The notes under the pieces are model-generated. The model made no database searches. It saw only the letters and a program-made list of their open reading frames with translations, and had not been told where the DNA came from. A stretch of 63,602 bases of DNA, the filler included, from Salisapilia sapeloensis CBS 127946 (taxonomy: Eukaryota; Protista; Oomycota), in assembly GCA_023334545.1 (NCBI GenBank). It is 5 parts of 5 records of this genome, joined end to end, with 100 filler letters (N's around TTAATTAATTAA, not from the genome) between each part and the next. Parts side by side here need not be neighbours in the genome. Positions count along the whole stretch, not along the records: positions 1 to 15,577 come from JAADVB010000365.1; 4 more parts are not named here. One strand, written 5' to 3'. Within the stretch, counting starts at the first letter, position 1. Every line of letters starts with the position of its first letter. This document shows, piece by piece, positions 1 to 13,362 of the stretch. A program made the translations under genes and the position numbers.

Positions 1-1522
1 CCCATTGCCGACCATGATATGAGGCATTTGCCATCCAGCACTGTCAGTACATTAAATTTTCGCCACGCGTCGAGATGGGTTTCGCTCACGGTGCATGGTC
101 ACATTTCTGAATGCCTTAATGGTTTCTCAACGCTTACTATCTATTTCACGAGGTACCGAACGATCAAATTTTTAATAATCGCGGAGTGCTTCGTGAACGA
201 GTATCATAGTGATGCATTTACAATCAGCCTTCTTTGCATCCGATAGGGTAAAGCCTTCGTACGCATCTGCTGTCAACTGTACATTCATCATTTCGAGGTG
301 AATATCAGGGTGCTAATTTGGAAGCGACATGAAAGCGTAGTGTCAAATCTTGAAAAAGATACGGCGGGAAGCACGGCTTGTGTGCTGTAAAACCCTCTTC
401 TGTCGCATTCGCGTTCACTCGTGGTTTGTATTGTGTCATACCTCGGACAGAAAAGCGAATGACGCAATTTAGCATTCGGGTGCTCATGACAGGCCGATAT
501 CAATCCAATTTTCCATCTACTACAACAGCATCTGAGGGAATGGTGTCGATAAAGTCAAATAGATCGGAATAGAGGTATCTTAGGACAACTGATATAAATG
601 CTAAACGTGATACAAGTACCCCAACTAATCAAAGTATCTCCTTTCGTGCTTCAATTGTGGTCGTCTCTGCAACATTCGAGGGAATAAGATCGAGTCCCAC
701 TTTCGTCGACTTTTTTTGATAGCGTAGCTCGCAGTGTTGTGAGACTATCTGGAGTGCTATCTCTAACCAATGATTTGTCCCTCGTTCATTGCGACCACAA
801 AACAAGGAGGTAGATAGCAAAACGGGTGTACAGATGAGGCATAAAGCAATAGAAACTTAGAAAAGCAGTATCACAACCAAAGCTTGTTTATGCTTCTCAG
901 GCAAGCACACTCCTCAGCTCAGGAGGAGCATACAAGTAAGTTATTTTGTGGTAACGGCGAATGCAGTTTCGCTCGACCGGAGGTTAAATTTGGAGCTGTT
1001 GCGAATGATTGCGAATCCGCTACATTACCGGTAATCTGGAGAGTTTCTCCGATCGCCCAATTGGCAAGTGTATCCCAACTCCGGTGCTATGCTTCGCATG
1101 GACTCCGACTTTGTCGCTCACCTCCTATCGACTTAGTGCATTATTTCGCTAGATGCATTTGCCATTGTTGAAGCTAGGTACATACTCATATCATGTCGAC
1201 AGCTTCGCATCTTGACGAAAGTCTGCTTATGTACTCTCATGCTGCCAACCTCGCGCTGATGATGCTACTAAGAAGATCGCATTTGACCCGAACGGTCCTC
1301 GATGTATATATATCATATTTAAGCCAGCTTGGTCAAACGCATTGTGTGACCTTCTTGAGTTATTTACAAGATTATTTATACAAGCGATGGCGCGATGGCG
1401 AAACTAAAACAATTACGCACAGAATAGTTTTGTGTCCTTCCAACCAGTACCCGCGTATATCTTTTTTTATCTCTTTCACATATGTATATCTACTTCTACT
1501 CTTTTGTTCAGCAAGCCTTGTA

Positions 1523-3092
1523 CTAGCAGCTCATACGATGTCCACAAACCACTCGCTGCGTCTCCGGCAACATCTCTTTTCGTCTCGGCACATGCCGTAG
1601 CTCTCGTACCGTGTCTAGGAACTCAAACAAGATCCACACAAGCGTATTTAAATTCACCACTTGCTTCCCTTGCTGTACTCCCTTCCGATTCGACATGACC
1701 TTGCCTCCCAAGACTTCGACCATTAGCATTTCATAGTCCACCAAAAACGATACTTTTCTACTTTTTACATGCACTAAGTCCACGTATCGTATCAAGAGTA
1801 TAGATAAAAGATGGCATACACGACTTGCAATAGCGTTTCCATCGCCTTTAACTCGATGTAGGTCATGGGCATGCGCTGAAATAAAATGTTCGACAAGTAC
1901 AGGGCGAATTGCGCGATCGACTCGACTGGTGGATCCTTACTCCCGACCGTCCAGAACTTGTGGTCCTGATGATGTCGGCGCTCCCGATGGAACTTTTCAA
2001 TCAAAATTAAAAGAAAAGGAGGAAACGGATGATGAGCTTTGGCTTCAAACTCCACTTCCACTACATCACGTCATTAGACACGCCTTCTTCACTGTTAAGT
2101 ATGACACGCACCTGGGTCTGTGGGTGTGTCCATGACGTCCGATGGCGAAGATGGACTGGTATTAGGCTGCAAGAGGTCCAATCGCTTCCGAATGGACAAC
2201 ACCGTGTCTTTTAATCTGGAAAATGTATCGATATACTTCCTAGCGATGTACTGGAATTCCAGCGCCTGCCAATATGGACTTGTCTCAGTCAATTGGAAAT
2301 GCCCATGCAGCGACTGTTTCCGTTTGTATTCGATAAATATCGGATCGTCTTCCAATTTATGCATTGACTATAGACAGACATTAACACGTGTCTACAGACT
2401 GGATACTACATAAGAAGCCGTACAGGATGAAACTTGTAGTGCAAAACATCTTGTGGAAGAGACTGGAACATGGTATCGATGTGGCCAAAGTAGGTTGCCA
2501 AGGACGACGTGAGCTCTCGAAGACGGCTAATGTCCGGGCCTTCGAATCGGTATCCTTTCCTACCTCCACATACCACCAGTACCTATCCAATTCATCAGAA
2601 AATAGCTTTAAAAGACTATCGAGAGGCTATACGTCGTTCAGATCGTGGACGTGAAGTCGTTCTTTCGAACTGATAATGTTTAAAGCCTCTCGCTCTTCAT
2701 CCGTTGGACGGTGATATCGAAGCGTGTCGATATAACGAAGCATACGAGTCGGCGGTTTGATCGTCAAAGCTTCTTCCGTGAAATTCTACGTGCATCGTAT
2801 TCACTTAATATCGTTCCTTATCACTTTTAAGTACATCTGCCGATCAACAAGTGTACATCCACTGCTATACTGGTATGTTATGTATCTTACTACCCGTAAG
2901 CAGTTGATTTACGGATGTAAGAGAGGAGACTAATAGCAAATCAAAAGCTGCACGGACCTCGAAAATCGGCTTTCGCGAAACTTTGCGTAGTGCCACCGGT
3001 GCCATGATTTCTCCGTCTTCATTCTGGTTGACACGAATACCTCCCAGAAGCTTGGCAAGTGGCACTGGTGTTGGTTGCGACGAACTTGCCAT
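1523..3092 (-). CDS. Uncharacterised multi-exon protein gene (boundaries approximate)
   Basis: Chain of minus-strand ORF segments separated by short GT..AG intervals: MASSSQPTPVPLAKLL..., NFTEEALTIKPPTRMLRYIDTLRYHRPTDEEREAL..., RYWWYVEVGK..., HKLEDDPIFIEYKRK..., KFWTVGSKDPP.... No family recognised. Confidence 0.45.
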
Positions 3093-3380
3093 TCGTAGCT
3101 TCCGATTCCCGTCACTCTCCATCGTCGATAGAAAATCAATTCCTTGCGTGCGTATTTTGATCGTGTCAGATTACACCGTACAAATACATTATTTTAATAC
3201 ATTGAAAAGTCCGGTTGAAACTGACAGAAAAGTTGAAGTTCAGCACTCTATTTCCAAGCTATTGATTGGCGAATAATATATTTTTCCACGAATGAAAGAC
3301 CGAGGGTTTCTTTTTTCCTTTGACTTGGAATTTGTAAGGACGAGCATATCCACCAAAAAATAATCTCTCGATCCATCACC

Positions 3381-4210
3381 ATGGCATCGACGCAAGGGCA
3401 GGATGATCCGGAAACCGTGCAGCGCATTTCGAATCATATCATCGGAGAACGCAATGAGCGTGGTATCCCGGCCGTCGTCTTTGTGGTGCGTTCTACTTTT
3501 GTCTATAAACACTTGAAAGAGCTTTGGGACCAATTATTCATGTGCACATTAGGAAAATGTCGAGTCGTTCATGACGACGCTAAACATCGACAAGATCGAG
3601 CCGTTGATTGGAGCCATGCAACAGCTATACAGGTACATTTGGCACATACATTTAAATTAACTGAATCATAACATGTATGCGATGATAGCAAGTACAAATT
3701 CATGGAGACCAACCTTGGCAAGAACAAGGACTCGCTCAAGCAAAAGATTCCCGAAGTGGAAAAGGATTTGGAGATGCTGCGAGTGCTAATGGCTAAGCGT
3801 GATGAGGAACAGAAGGAGATGACGACTCGATTTAATCTTGCTGATAACGTCTATGCCAATGCGACGGTCGATCCGACCGCTGGCAAAGTGTGCATTTGGC
3901 TTGGAGTATGTCTATATTGAGGTCACATCATAGTCGTTGGCTGATGTACAGTTGAATAGGCCAATGTGATGGTCGAGTATGACTATGACGAAGCGTTGGA
4001 GCTGTTGCAGACGAACCAGAAGACCGCACAAGACCGTCTGGTAAGTTATCTACATGAGATCCGATGAGAGTAGGTATAAACTGATGCTGGTGGTAGGAAC
4101 AAATTGAGGCCGATTTGGCGTTTTTGCGAGATCAGATTATCACGACGGAAGTCGGCATCGCGCGTCTGTTTAACCATGACGTCCGTCGTCGTCGTCAAGT
4201 ATGTTTTTAA
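3381..4210 (+). CDS. PFDN3: Prefoldin subunit 3 (VBP1), about 5 exons
   Basis: Spliced translation gives NERGIPAVVFV / ENVESFMTTLNIDKIEPLIGAMQQLY / KYKFMETNL...KQKIPEVEKDLEML...TRFNLADNVYANA...KVCIWLG / ANVMVEYDYDEALELL / DLAFLRDQIITTEVGIARLFNHDV, the conserved prefoldin-3 motifs. A further short 3' exon is possible. Confidence 0.95.
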
Positions 4211-4609
4211 TAGATATGCAGCATGTACAGAATGCAAGACTAAATGGATGATAGGCAAAGGATGAGGGCGTCGCGTCAGCTTTAGAGTCCAAGTAGTTTG
4301 GATTATCAATATACGCAGCCTCTTCCATCTTGAAAAGAAACGTTATAGATAGAGTTCAGGCACCTGCATGGTAATAGCCGATGGATAAAGGACTGTAGCA
4401 TATATAAAGACTCCAAACAAAGTCACTGAACCATAGTGGCGCGGTTGATTTTGACCATAGCGTTACAGCTTAGCAATCTCTCTTCGTATGTTCATCCGAA
4501 GTGCCAAGCCTGCGTCTGAGTAAATTGTGGCTTTGAGCTCCTTGTTTCCTACTCATGGATAGTACAGCGGTAGAAAACATCGTCATTTAGTTATTGTATG
4601 GTTTACTGC

Positions 4610-6160
4610 TCAACTTGGAAATGGTTCGTATCCCAAGTACTTCCTACGGCTAAATTTGCCTCGGCTGGAAGTGGCATTGACATCATGAGTGTATCTAGTG
4701 CTAGAAAGAGTATTATGCAAGTTTGGTTGATTCCTATCGTAAGGTATGAAGAAACTCATCTGTTTTGGAAAGAAGGATAGGTATATCAACTTAGGTGAGC
4801 AGTTTAACAAGCGTGTGAAATGTCCTTCGTGTCGTAAAGGATAATGAAGATTTTCCATGCCCGTGTCCATGGGATGATTAATCAAATGATTTTGTAGTGC
4901 ATTCGTCTTCAGTTGTTGCGTTGCCAAATAAAGCATGTGCAATACATAGAAGATGTCATGGTTGAAAATCTCCAAATAGCCCATGAGTCCAAGTACACTA
5001 TCTCGGACTTTCACTTCTATATGCAAGACCAAGGCAGTTTCTCTGCATCAATACGAGAATTCTAGCCGACATAGTTTTACCATCTTTTGCGATTTATTCA
5101 AATTCTACCCGATAAAGATGCTCTCTTATACTTTTCGTAAGCATTGGTACTACTTCCGAGGGTAAAATGGACATAGTGGTCGTGTTCTTGAAACCATATA
5201 CATTGATGGTCTGATTGGCAAAGATACGGTAGACGAATCACAGAATAAAAGGCTTCATTATGAGTGCCCTAGATCTTCACAAAGTCGTGCTTTGTATTAG
5301 TCGCATCGATTATACTAATAGTCGATCTCTATTATCGCTGTGCGGATCCACCGTTGAGGATTCTTCATCCTGAGTCGTGGCCTGCGAAATGAATTGCACA
5401 CATTAAATAATTTGACCGTTTTGATAGCCAACCATCCCAACCAAAAGATGTCGTCTTTTAAGATAAGCTTGCTTAATAAACTTATAATCCTTCGCAATAA
5501 CAACTTGTGGTCATGTACATCCAGTCATGACAGTCTTCGCGCGTCGGTCTCATTCGGCAGTCTTGCATCAACTGGTGTAACAGCGCAAGGCATTTCAGTC
5601 GCGTTGCGTTTACCCCCGGTTGGCCGGCACACGTTGGTGAAGAAGCCACCTCCAGGAAGACCTGGCCTCCCCAGAGGTCTTGCACGTTGAGCGCAAATTT
5701 TCTCTGTTCGGTTGTGCGCGCTGCAGAAAATCGCAGAATAAGCAGTTTTCTACAAGGTTCGAAAGTAAGAGAAAATATGAAACTAAACTGGAAAGATAGC
5801 TGAAAGGTTCGAGAGGACTACGGTGGATAGATGCAGATAGACAATAGAAGATTGAAGACAACTAAGAATCAGCACTGTCCAACGGGAGGTGGTTCATACT
5901 ACGGCCATTTTCTTCGTCCATCTTTCATTTTTTGAAATTCACTGAGAAACCAATAAGATTTTCTTACCACTACTTCTACTGTTCCGAGAGCTGCCCAGCA
6001 AACTGCTCTTCGTATTATAACTTCCATCGATATACTTTCGAGAGCCTTAAATACTGCATTTAGAGATTTGGCTATTCGACTCTGGTGATCAATCAACTGC
6101 CATGAAATACTCTCAGTAGAATCAGCAATAGCGAATGCAACATGATCTTGCTTAAATAAA
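4610..6160 (-). CDS. Uncharacterised multi-exon helical protein gene (approximate)
   Basis: Minus-strand segments that splice in frame: QDHVAFAIADSTESISWQLIDHQSRIAK...KDGRRKWP / KLLILRFSAARTTEQRKFALNVQDLWGG...RLKCLALLHQL... / VRDSVLGLMGYLEIFNHDIFYVLHMLY.... No family recognised; start uncertain. Confidence 0.4.
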
Positions 6161-6775
6161 ATAAATTTTATATATCAATCTTATGTAGTTGGCACCGTCT
6201 CATATTTTAAATATATAAATAGCGTGAAGTTTTCACTGGCTCTTCTTCGAAGCGATTACAGGAGACTGGTTACAAAAACAATGACTGGTACTAGGTTAAA
6301 ATCTCTGCATCTTCATTACCCATAGCACCTACAAGATTTAGCGTATGAGCAGGCACAAATGGCATAGTAGCATTTAGGCGGTAAAAAGATTGCGACCTGA
6401 TCTACTGATGGTCGTGTGGCATGAAAGTTCGGTTCCAATTAGACTACAAATCCACTAGTATTCGCCTTTTCATATACATATACACTCGTTTTATGAATCT
6501 ACTAGTCGGATAATGTTGCACTTGAAATATGACTACCAATACTTCATGCAAAGAACAACGCGCCTTCTGAATTGTTTAGTGGTACTCTCGCATGATGAGT
6601 TGTGCGTCTATGAGCGGTTGTGACAGAGCATGAATATTCTAACCTACCGAAGATTAAGGTGGTTCTATTTATGTCTTTGGTCCTACATGCTTACAGGTGT
6701 AGCTATTTTAAACAGGTTCTTAAAAGCAAAAGGCCAAAGAAGTAGGGATCTCGAGGCGACGTTCAAAAGTTAAGG

Positions 6776-7089
6776 ATGGATACTGTAACTTGTGAGGTCG
6801 TCTTATCAAGAGAAGAGCTAGAGGTTCTTAAAGTATGTTTTTATATTACGATACCAGAACGTCCCACTCACAAGCGTAGGCTCTAAACGGATTTGTCAGG
6901 GTTCCTGCGCTTTCATCAAATATCATTCAGGTATTGTGTGAAGAAGACTTACAGGTCAAGGAAGAATTCAACAACACAGAAACAGAATCCTCTTATGATG
7001 TCCAGCCTCCTGGGCTTCCTCCACCTCCACAACGAACGACATCTACCCAAAAGTTCCACCGTAGAATTGATTTGTCGCTAAAGCAATAA
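6776..7089 (+). CDS. Small two-exon hypothetical protein (may have upstream exons)
   Basis: MDTVTCEVVLSREELEVLK, then a GTATGT..CTCAC..TAG phase-0 intron, then ALNGFVRVPALSSNIIQVLCEEDLQVKEEF...KFHRRIDLSLKQ*. Not in the ORF track in this frame. Confidence 0.35.
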
Positions 7090-7446
7090 CACACAACAAA
7101 CAGACGGAGGAAAACGTTAACCGTATGAGCTTTTTTGTTTGACAAATATGCTATTTGTTGTAATGTACGATAGTTAAGCGTTTACTTTAGTCAATAAGAA
7201 ATGAAGGTCGATCATACATGCAAAAACGCTTCCATTTCGTACAATATACAGCCGACGAAAACCAAGTTACCAGCACGCACGAAAAGTGAGCCTGTGGGTT
7301 TTGTGACATCCATATCAAAAGACCAAATCTGGGGTTGTAGACCCTTAGACTGGCTTTGTGCTACTTTATAAAGAGCCTAGAGTATTTTGATAGATTAGTT
7401 ACCAGTCGTTTCAACAAAATCATCTAATATTTGTCCAAACTTCCGA

Positions 7447-10280
7447 ATGGACGGTAGTGACGATTTGCCTTTAACAGAAGGATGGGAAAAGCGTTGCGAT
7501 GAAGATACAAACGCCATCTTCTACTATAACACGATTACGGGGGAGTCGACATGGGACGCTCCAACGTCATTGTCTGATTATTTGCAGGAAACTATCCAAG
7601 ATAATGAAAATAAGCTTTACCTTTGTGCAGAGACGACGGAAACTCGTTTGGCCCGGGACGGACCAAATAATAATGACGGGGCTTTTTTGATAAATCCAGA
7701 TACCTCGAGCGACAAAGGAATAAAAGAAGAAAGCTTTAAAAGCGATACCAAAAATGATGGCACTGAGATTGATATTGGAGTTTCAATTGGCAAAGATGAA
7801 GATCAGCATATTGGTAGTGATAATGTTGGTTTAGAGGGAAGTACACCTTTTGGTGAAAGTAACGAAATATCTTGTTATGGAAAAGAAGAAACTGGGCAAT
7901 GGGTGGAAGAAGCAAACCTTGACCGTCTACCCCAAATGGACACCATGAGCAGCGAAAACTCTATCTTATCGACACCTCCCGAGTTAAATATTGCGAATAG
8001 AGATGTAGAAATTGAAAACGTAGAGATATTACCAGCAGATGAGGTGCCGCATGAAGATCAAGATTATCTAGGGAGTGAGGAAAACGAATTTTCACAACAA
8101 TATGAAGATGATTATTATATATTTGAGGAAACGGATGCCACATCAGAGCAGGAAGCGTCCATTATTGATTATGCACAAAAGAAGGATGGTCAAGAAGTTT
8201 TAGGTGAAGGTTATGCAATGAGACAGAATTTAGCTAGTGAGTCGGAGGGCGTCTTAGTTTATGACTCGGCGATAGCAGATACTGTCAACAGAGAAGTAGC
8301 GGCAGTTACTATTCAATGCTTAACAAGATGCTTCCTTGCTAGATGCAGAGTATCAAAACGGAAAGAAGAGCTACAAAGAGATAAGCTTCTCCAGGGGCAA
8401 GAAACCACCAAACGTGCTACTTTTGGTAACGAGCAATATCAAATGACAAACCAAAACGGTAAGAACGTCGATATCAACAACGATGATGAAGGTGAATCGA
8501 ATCAAAAATACACCACTGAAGGTAAAGAAACCACTTTCATGCGTACTGAAGATGCTGTCCAGAGGACACAAGAAGCTTTGGATGATGAACAACAACCAAA
8601 GCTTGCTATTGATGAGCTGAGCTCATATGAAAATATCATAGAGCAGTACAGCTCGAGCTTTACATCAGAGGATGAAATGGTATTCACGGATGATAAAGTT
8701 ATAGAATCACCACCAGATACTATCTCACCAACAATTATGCCTGAAATTAAAACCGAGCAACTCCAGCATATTTCGGTAACTGTTCAAAGTAGTACAAGCA
8801 GAAAATCATTCGCCTCACCTTCTGCTAGAAATTCTCATCGATCCTGCCAATCCTCTACTCGTGCTTTTGAATCGTACACGACACCAAGTCGAATACCGAG
8901 TATTCTGGATATTTCAAACTACTTTCAGTCACCATCACAGAAGGCTGCGCTCAACTCCAAACCGGATCAAACGAAAACTTTTATACAGCCAGCACCTTCG
9001 GTGTACTCCACATACGGTGCCTTCTATACGAGGCCTACGTTAAGTAAGCATCAAAGCTCAATAGTAGGTACGACGGAAGTGTCTCGGTTAGCGGAAATTT
9101 CTCAATTGTCTTTGGAACAAAAGAGAGAGGATAAAGAGGACGATGCGAGCAAACAGATAGAGAAGTACAAGCGTATATATGAAGAAGCAAAGCAAAAGGA
9201 TCGAGAAAAACGACAAGCAATAGAAGAGAAGCAAAAGCTGGAGCAACTTTTACGAACGGAGCAATTTTTTACGCAAAGTGAGGATAATCTTCAATTTGAA
9301 ACGATATTTGAATGCTTAGAGAGGACAACAAAATTTTCCCCAAATGTAGAAGACCTTTTAGTATCAAAGATAGAAGAATTAACTCGGTTACCTGATGGAT
9401 GGAAAGACCAAACAAGATTGGACAGACAAAGAGTCTACGAAACACATTTCGAAAGACTTGAGGAAGAGAAGAATAAACTTGGGTCTATGATGGAGAGATT
9501 GCCTATGAGTGATGATAGTAAAGAAAACCCGTCCACGAAATATCTTCAAAACAGGATGGAGGAGGTGACGAGAGCAATCAAATACATATCGGAGCGTATC
9601 AGAAGGTCCGATCAATTAGAAAGCATCCGTAGCAATCGGTTCACCCAAGCATACGGATGCGTGGCTGGTGATTCCATTCTGCATCTTGCAGCCTGGAGAG
9701 GCTGTCAAATAGTAGTCGAAAAGCTTCTAATGACCGGGTGGGACCCCAATTTGGTTAATAACAGTATTAGCAGATCGACACCTCTTCACGAAGCTGTCCG
9801 CAGCGGGTATATCGGCATTGTTCGTCTTCTGGTCCAATTTGGAGCTAGAGTTGATGCAATTGACCACGCGCAAGACTCTTCATTACATATAGCAGCACGC
9901 TGCCGGTGGACACCAATCGTCAAACTGCTTTTGGAAGCAGCAGTGAGACCGAATCATTTTTCAAACAAACCGATTTTAAAATGTTCAGTACTCAAGTTTC
10001 TACATCTTCGCAATGGAAAGCACAAGCGAGCGATTGATCTCGCCAAATTAACGTCAACGCGTGAATGTCTCCTCGGTACGTGCGATCATGAATATTTGTC
10101 TAAATATCGTACGAAGCTGACCACTGGGTAGACTTTGAACGAAAAGTTGGAGCAGACCCCACACAGCGTACTTCAAAACGAAAGAGTCAATGTCAGGCAG
10201 ATGAAATCGAACCGGTAGCATATCGTCGGCGAGCACGTGTGAACATCATACCGATAAAGACAAACAAAGCAGTGCGCTAG
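7447..10280 (+). CDS. WW + IQ + ankyrin-repeat protein
   Basis: N-terminal WW (GWEKRCDEDTNAIFYYNTITGESTWDAP), IQ motif (AAVTIQCLTRCFLARCRV), acidic linker and three ankyrin repeats (GDSILHLAAW, STPLHEAVRSG, DSSLHIAAR). A probable GTACGT..TAG intron near 10076-10130 adds DFERKVG...NKAVR* ending at 10280. Confidence 0.85.
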
Positions 10281-10303
10281 CAAAAATTATGCGTTTCTTT
10301 CGT

Positions 10304-11459
10304 TTATTCATTCCTAGCGAGTCGACAGAGACGAATATCACTTCGTCCATCATAGTCTCCAAAAATTTTATCTTGCATATGTGTCATGGCCGACTCTGTG
10401 ATATCATCACATACGATCGCACTATGCTGTAGCTGCTCTAGAAACGCATTGAAAGTGTCACGATTTCGAATGGTACTTGCAAAGAATGCGATGCGATTGC
10501 CGCCCTTCAAGAATTCCATCAGCACTCGAGTGAGGTGTGGAAACACAGACACGTCGTATACGCAGTCAGCAGCAAGTAAGACATCGACAGTACTTGATTC
10601 CTGGTAGCTTTCATCTTCCACTCCATCATTCGGATGCCATGTCTCCCAATCCAAAGATGCTACCGACACAGGGCAGTGGTAACGGCTTGCGTTTATCTCC
10701 ACGTTATACCTTAAGTTTTGAACGACTTTCTGAGCGTAGTCGGTTAGAATGACTTTGGAAGGGTGGCTTGATGGAAGACAGGATGCGAGCACTAGACCTG
10801 AGAAGCCAACACCGGCACCTAGTTCCAAGACAACTTTTTCTTGAAACGTATCTGGATTTGCGAGTACGTACTCGGCTAGGAACCACGCCGCCTGCCAAAT
10901 TTTCAGACCTACTTCGTTGGTCATGGAAGCGACACGACATGTGATCGGGATGTACGATTGGGAAGTCGGGACCGAGTACGTGACGTGATGCATATCATCG
11001 GCCTCGACTAGTTGGCTATCAGATGAATAAATGAACTCCATCATGAGACTTGCAAGCTCATCGTCAATGTCTGCATTGCGTTTTTCCAGCTCTATGCCGA
11101 CAATGAGATGCGTCTAGTTGAAGTGTTTGCATATTAAATTACCTTGGATGTAGCTTTTAAGAAACCGATAGGTGTATTTTTGCTCTGGAGGATATTTATC
11201 ACAGATTTCGTCTTGAATGACATTGTGTACAATGGAATTCTATCGATCATGTATCCTTCATATAACATTCCTCTAAACGAAAATAGGAATTGTAAAGTAC
11301 CTGCGTCTCCAGTGAAGTCCACTCAGGGCAATGCTTTAAGTACTGGAGAAGACTGGAAACAGGCTGCATCGACCGATATTGTCTTAACAATTCATTTACA
11401 TGCCTTGCAATATTCTCTTTGCCCTGCATTGCTACATGCTCATTGCCATCCGTGGTCAT
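10304..11459 (-). CDS. EEF2KMT: eEF2 lysine methyltransferase (FAM86/EEF2KMT family), 3 exons
   Basis: N-terminal FAM86-like exons (LLRQYRSMQPV; KYPPEQKYTYRFLKSYIQ; ELEKRNADIDDELASL) splice onto a METTL21-type MTase: VGLKIWQAAWFLAEY, VLELGAGVG, ILTDY, LDW, LLAADCVYD. Confidence 0.9.
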
Positions 11460-11722
11460 TATTGTCTTGGTTTTCGGATGTTATGAAGCTATAAAAGCTA
11501 GAGTATGCAAATCAAGCACTTTAGGTCGATATTAACCAAAATGTCTGTAAAAATGTGGTTTTGTATTAACAATGTGATATCGTACATTAATTTCCGCTAA
11601 AAACGAGAACAATTACATACAACTCTTCGTGCAGTCATAAATTTCAAGCCTGATTATTTCGGTAATAAGCGCTAATTTGTACGAACGCACTTCCACTATT
11701 CCTTCTCGGAGCAACAATCGCA

Positions 11723-12050
11723 ATGAACTCATCTTCATCTAAACCTGGAGAAATGCCGAATGATACGATAATGGACTCGACTACCGTCAATGGATTTACA
11801 GAGGATGAGCATACCGACACGGAGACTGTGTTGCAGAGTCAAGCCGACTGGCAGTACGAACAATCGGCCGAGATTGCAAAAGAAAAATTGGGCTTAACGA
11901 AAGCGCCAACTGCTATTATCGAAGCCAAACCATGGAGCGAAAACAGCGATTTGCTATCACACTCCAAGCTCAAGAAGGCCGGAAATGCTTTCATTGGCAT
12001 CTAAATTACAAATCTACATCTGATGTAGAGGCAATTTCAAGCTCAAAGAT
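11723..12050 (+). pseudogene. Decayed tandem copy of eEF1B
   Basis: The 93-aa ORF aligns to the neighbouring eEF1B: SAEIAKEK..AIIEAKPWSENSDL vs RAEEAKAK..VVLEVKPWDENTDL, and KKAGNAF vs KKEPVAF. It then stops, and a frameshifted remnant DVEAISSSKI resembles SVEVASMNKV. Confidence 0.6.
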
Positions 12051-12462
12051 ACGGCAGCTACTGCTTCAATATCACTTCCCATTTCGCCATTTCATCCAAA
12101 GTTTTATGCTAATGTTTCATTCCCACTATCGATCAAAGCTCACTATAAGCAACTTGTACATTGCGTAAAACAGTAGGTACGTCGGTTCATATTTCATTCT
12201 TCAGTACTTACGTCTTCTAGCTCGATCGAGGTCCTACTTGCACTTTATATTTACTTTCTATTCTTGACTTATTATCCCATAATATAACGTGTTTAGCTTC
12301 CGTAAGTGTAAACGAGCGAATTATATTGTCTAGATATCTTAAACCAGTCAATTAAAGCTTTAAAAGTACGAATTAAACACTAATATGTCCCAGAGTTTGC
12401 AGCCAGTCAACGAGTTCTCCTAGTACTCGCTCACAACACAATCCATAGCAAAGACAGCAAAA

Positions 12463-13011
12463 ATGGGATTCGATATGTCGCAGATCAAGTTCGTGGAGAC
12501 GCCCAAGTACTCCGTCATGCACCCTCTTAAGGGCTGCAAGCCGATGAAGGACGTCAGCCCCGTCACGAAGATGAACACTCCTGCCCCGAAGAAGTCGGAG
12601 CCGAAGAAGGAGGAAGAGGACGAGGACGACGATGACCTCTTCGGTGACGATGATGACGAGGAAGAGGACGAGGAAGCCAAGGCCGCTGCCAAGAAGCGCG
12701 CTGAGGAGGCCAAGGCCAAGAAGGACAAGAAGAAGCCCACGGAGCGTTCGCAGGTCGTCTTGGAGGTCAAGCCGTGGGACGAAAACACGGACTTGGAAGA
12801 GTTGGCTGAGAAGATCAAGGCCACCGAGGTCGAGGGCCTCAAGTGGGGTGAAGGCCACAAGAAGGAGCCGGTCGCGTTCGGTATCTTCAAGTTGCTTGTG
12901 CAGTGCATCATTGTCGACGACCTCGTTGCGTTGGACGATGTGACGGAGATCATTGAGCAGTTCGAGGACGACGTCCAGAGTGTCGAAGTGGCGTCCATGA
13001 ACAAGGTCTAA
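12463..13011 (+). CDS. EEF1B: Translation elongation factor 1-beta/delta (eEF1B GEF)
   Basis: Acidic DDDDLFGDDD motif plus GEF domain SQVVLEVKPWD..TDLEEL...EGLKWG...PVAFGIFKL...DDVQSVEVASMNKV. Confidence 0.97.
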   Translation: MGFDMSQIKFVETPKYSVMHPLKGCKPMKDVSPVTKMNTPAPKKSEPKKEEEDEDDDDLFGDDDDEEEDEEAKAAAKKRAEEAKAKKDKKKPTERSQVVLEVKPWDENTDLEELAEKIKATEVEGLKWGEGHKKEPVAFGIFKLLVQCIIVDDLVALDDVTEIIEQFEDDVQSVEVASMNKV

Positions 13012-13362
13012 GCTGGCAAACGACGCTTTTCGAGTCGACGCTAACACCATGAATCGAGCGAGCAACTAGGTTGACAATTTGTACGTCAATTTTGTTTTGA
13101 ATTTGTATCATTCGTAGTAGGATGCGCATGCATCTAGTGTCTTGCGTAAGATTCGCCATCGACCTCAAGTCGTAGTCCACGTCAATGATATCACATCTCT
13201 TCATGATCGTCTTAAAATGAAAGCATCACTCTATACAAAACTAGCGTATAAAAGGTTCAATAAAATAGAGTGTTCGGACACGAATTGGCAGTTCGAGTGG
13301 TATTGAGCTGCTGGCCTGTCGACGAGCTCTTGTATCTTGGCTGCTGCTCTATTTTGACCATC

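Noticed and set aside
5750-5815. tRNA suggested by GGTTCGA T-loop-like words
   Set aside because: No acceptor, D or anticodon stems could be paired around them.
12373-13065. 230-aa and 194-aa antisense ORFs over eEF1B
   Set aside because: Shadow ORFs from strong codon bias in a highly expressed gene.
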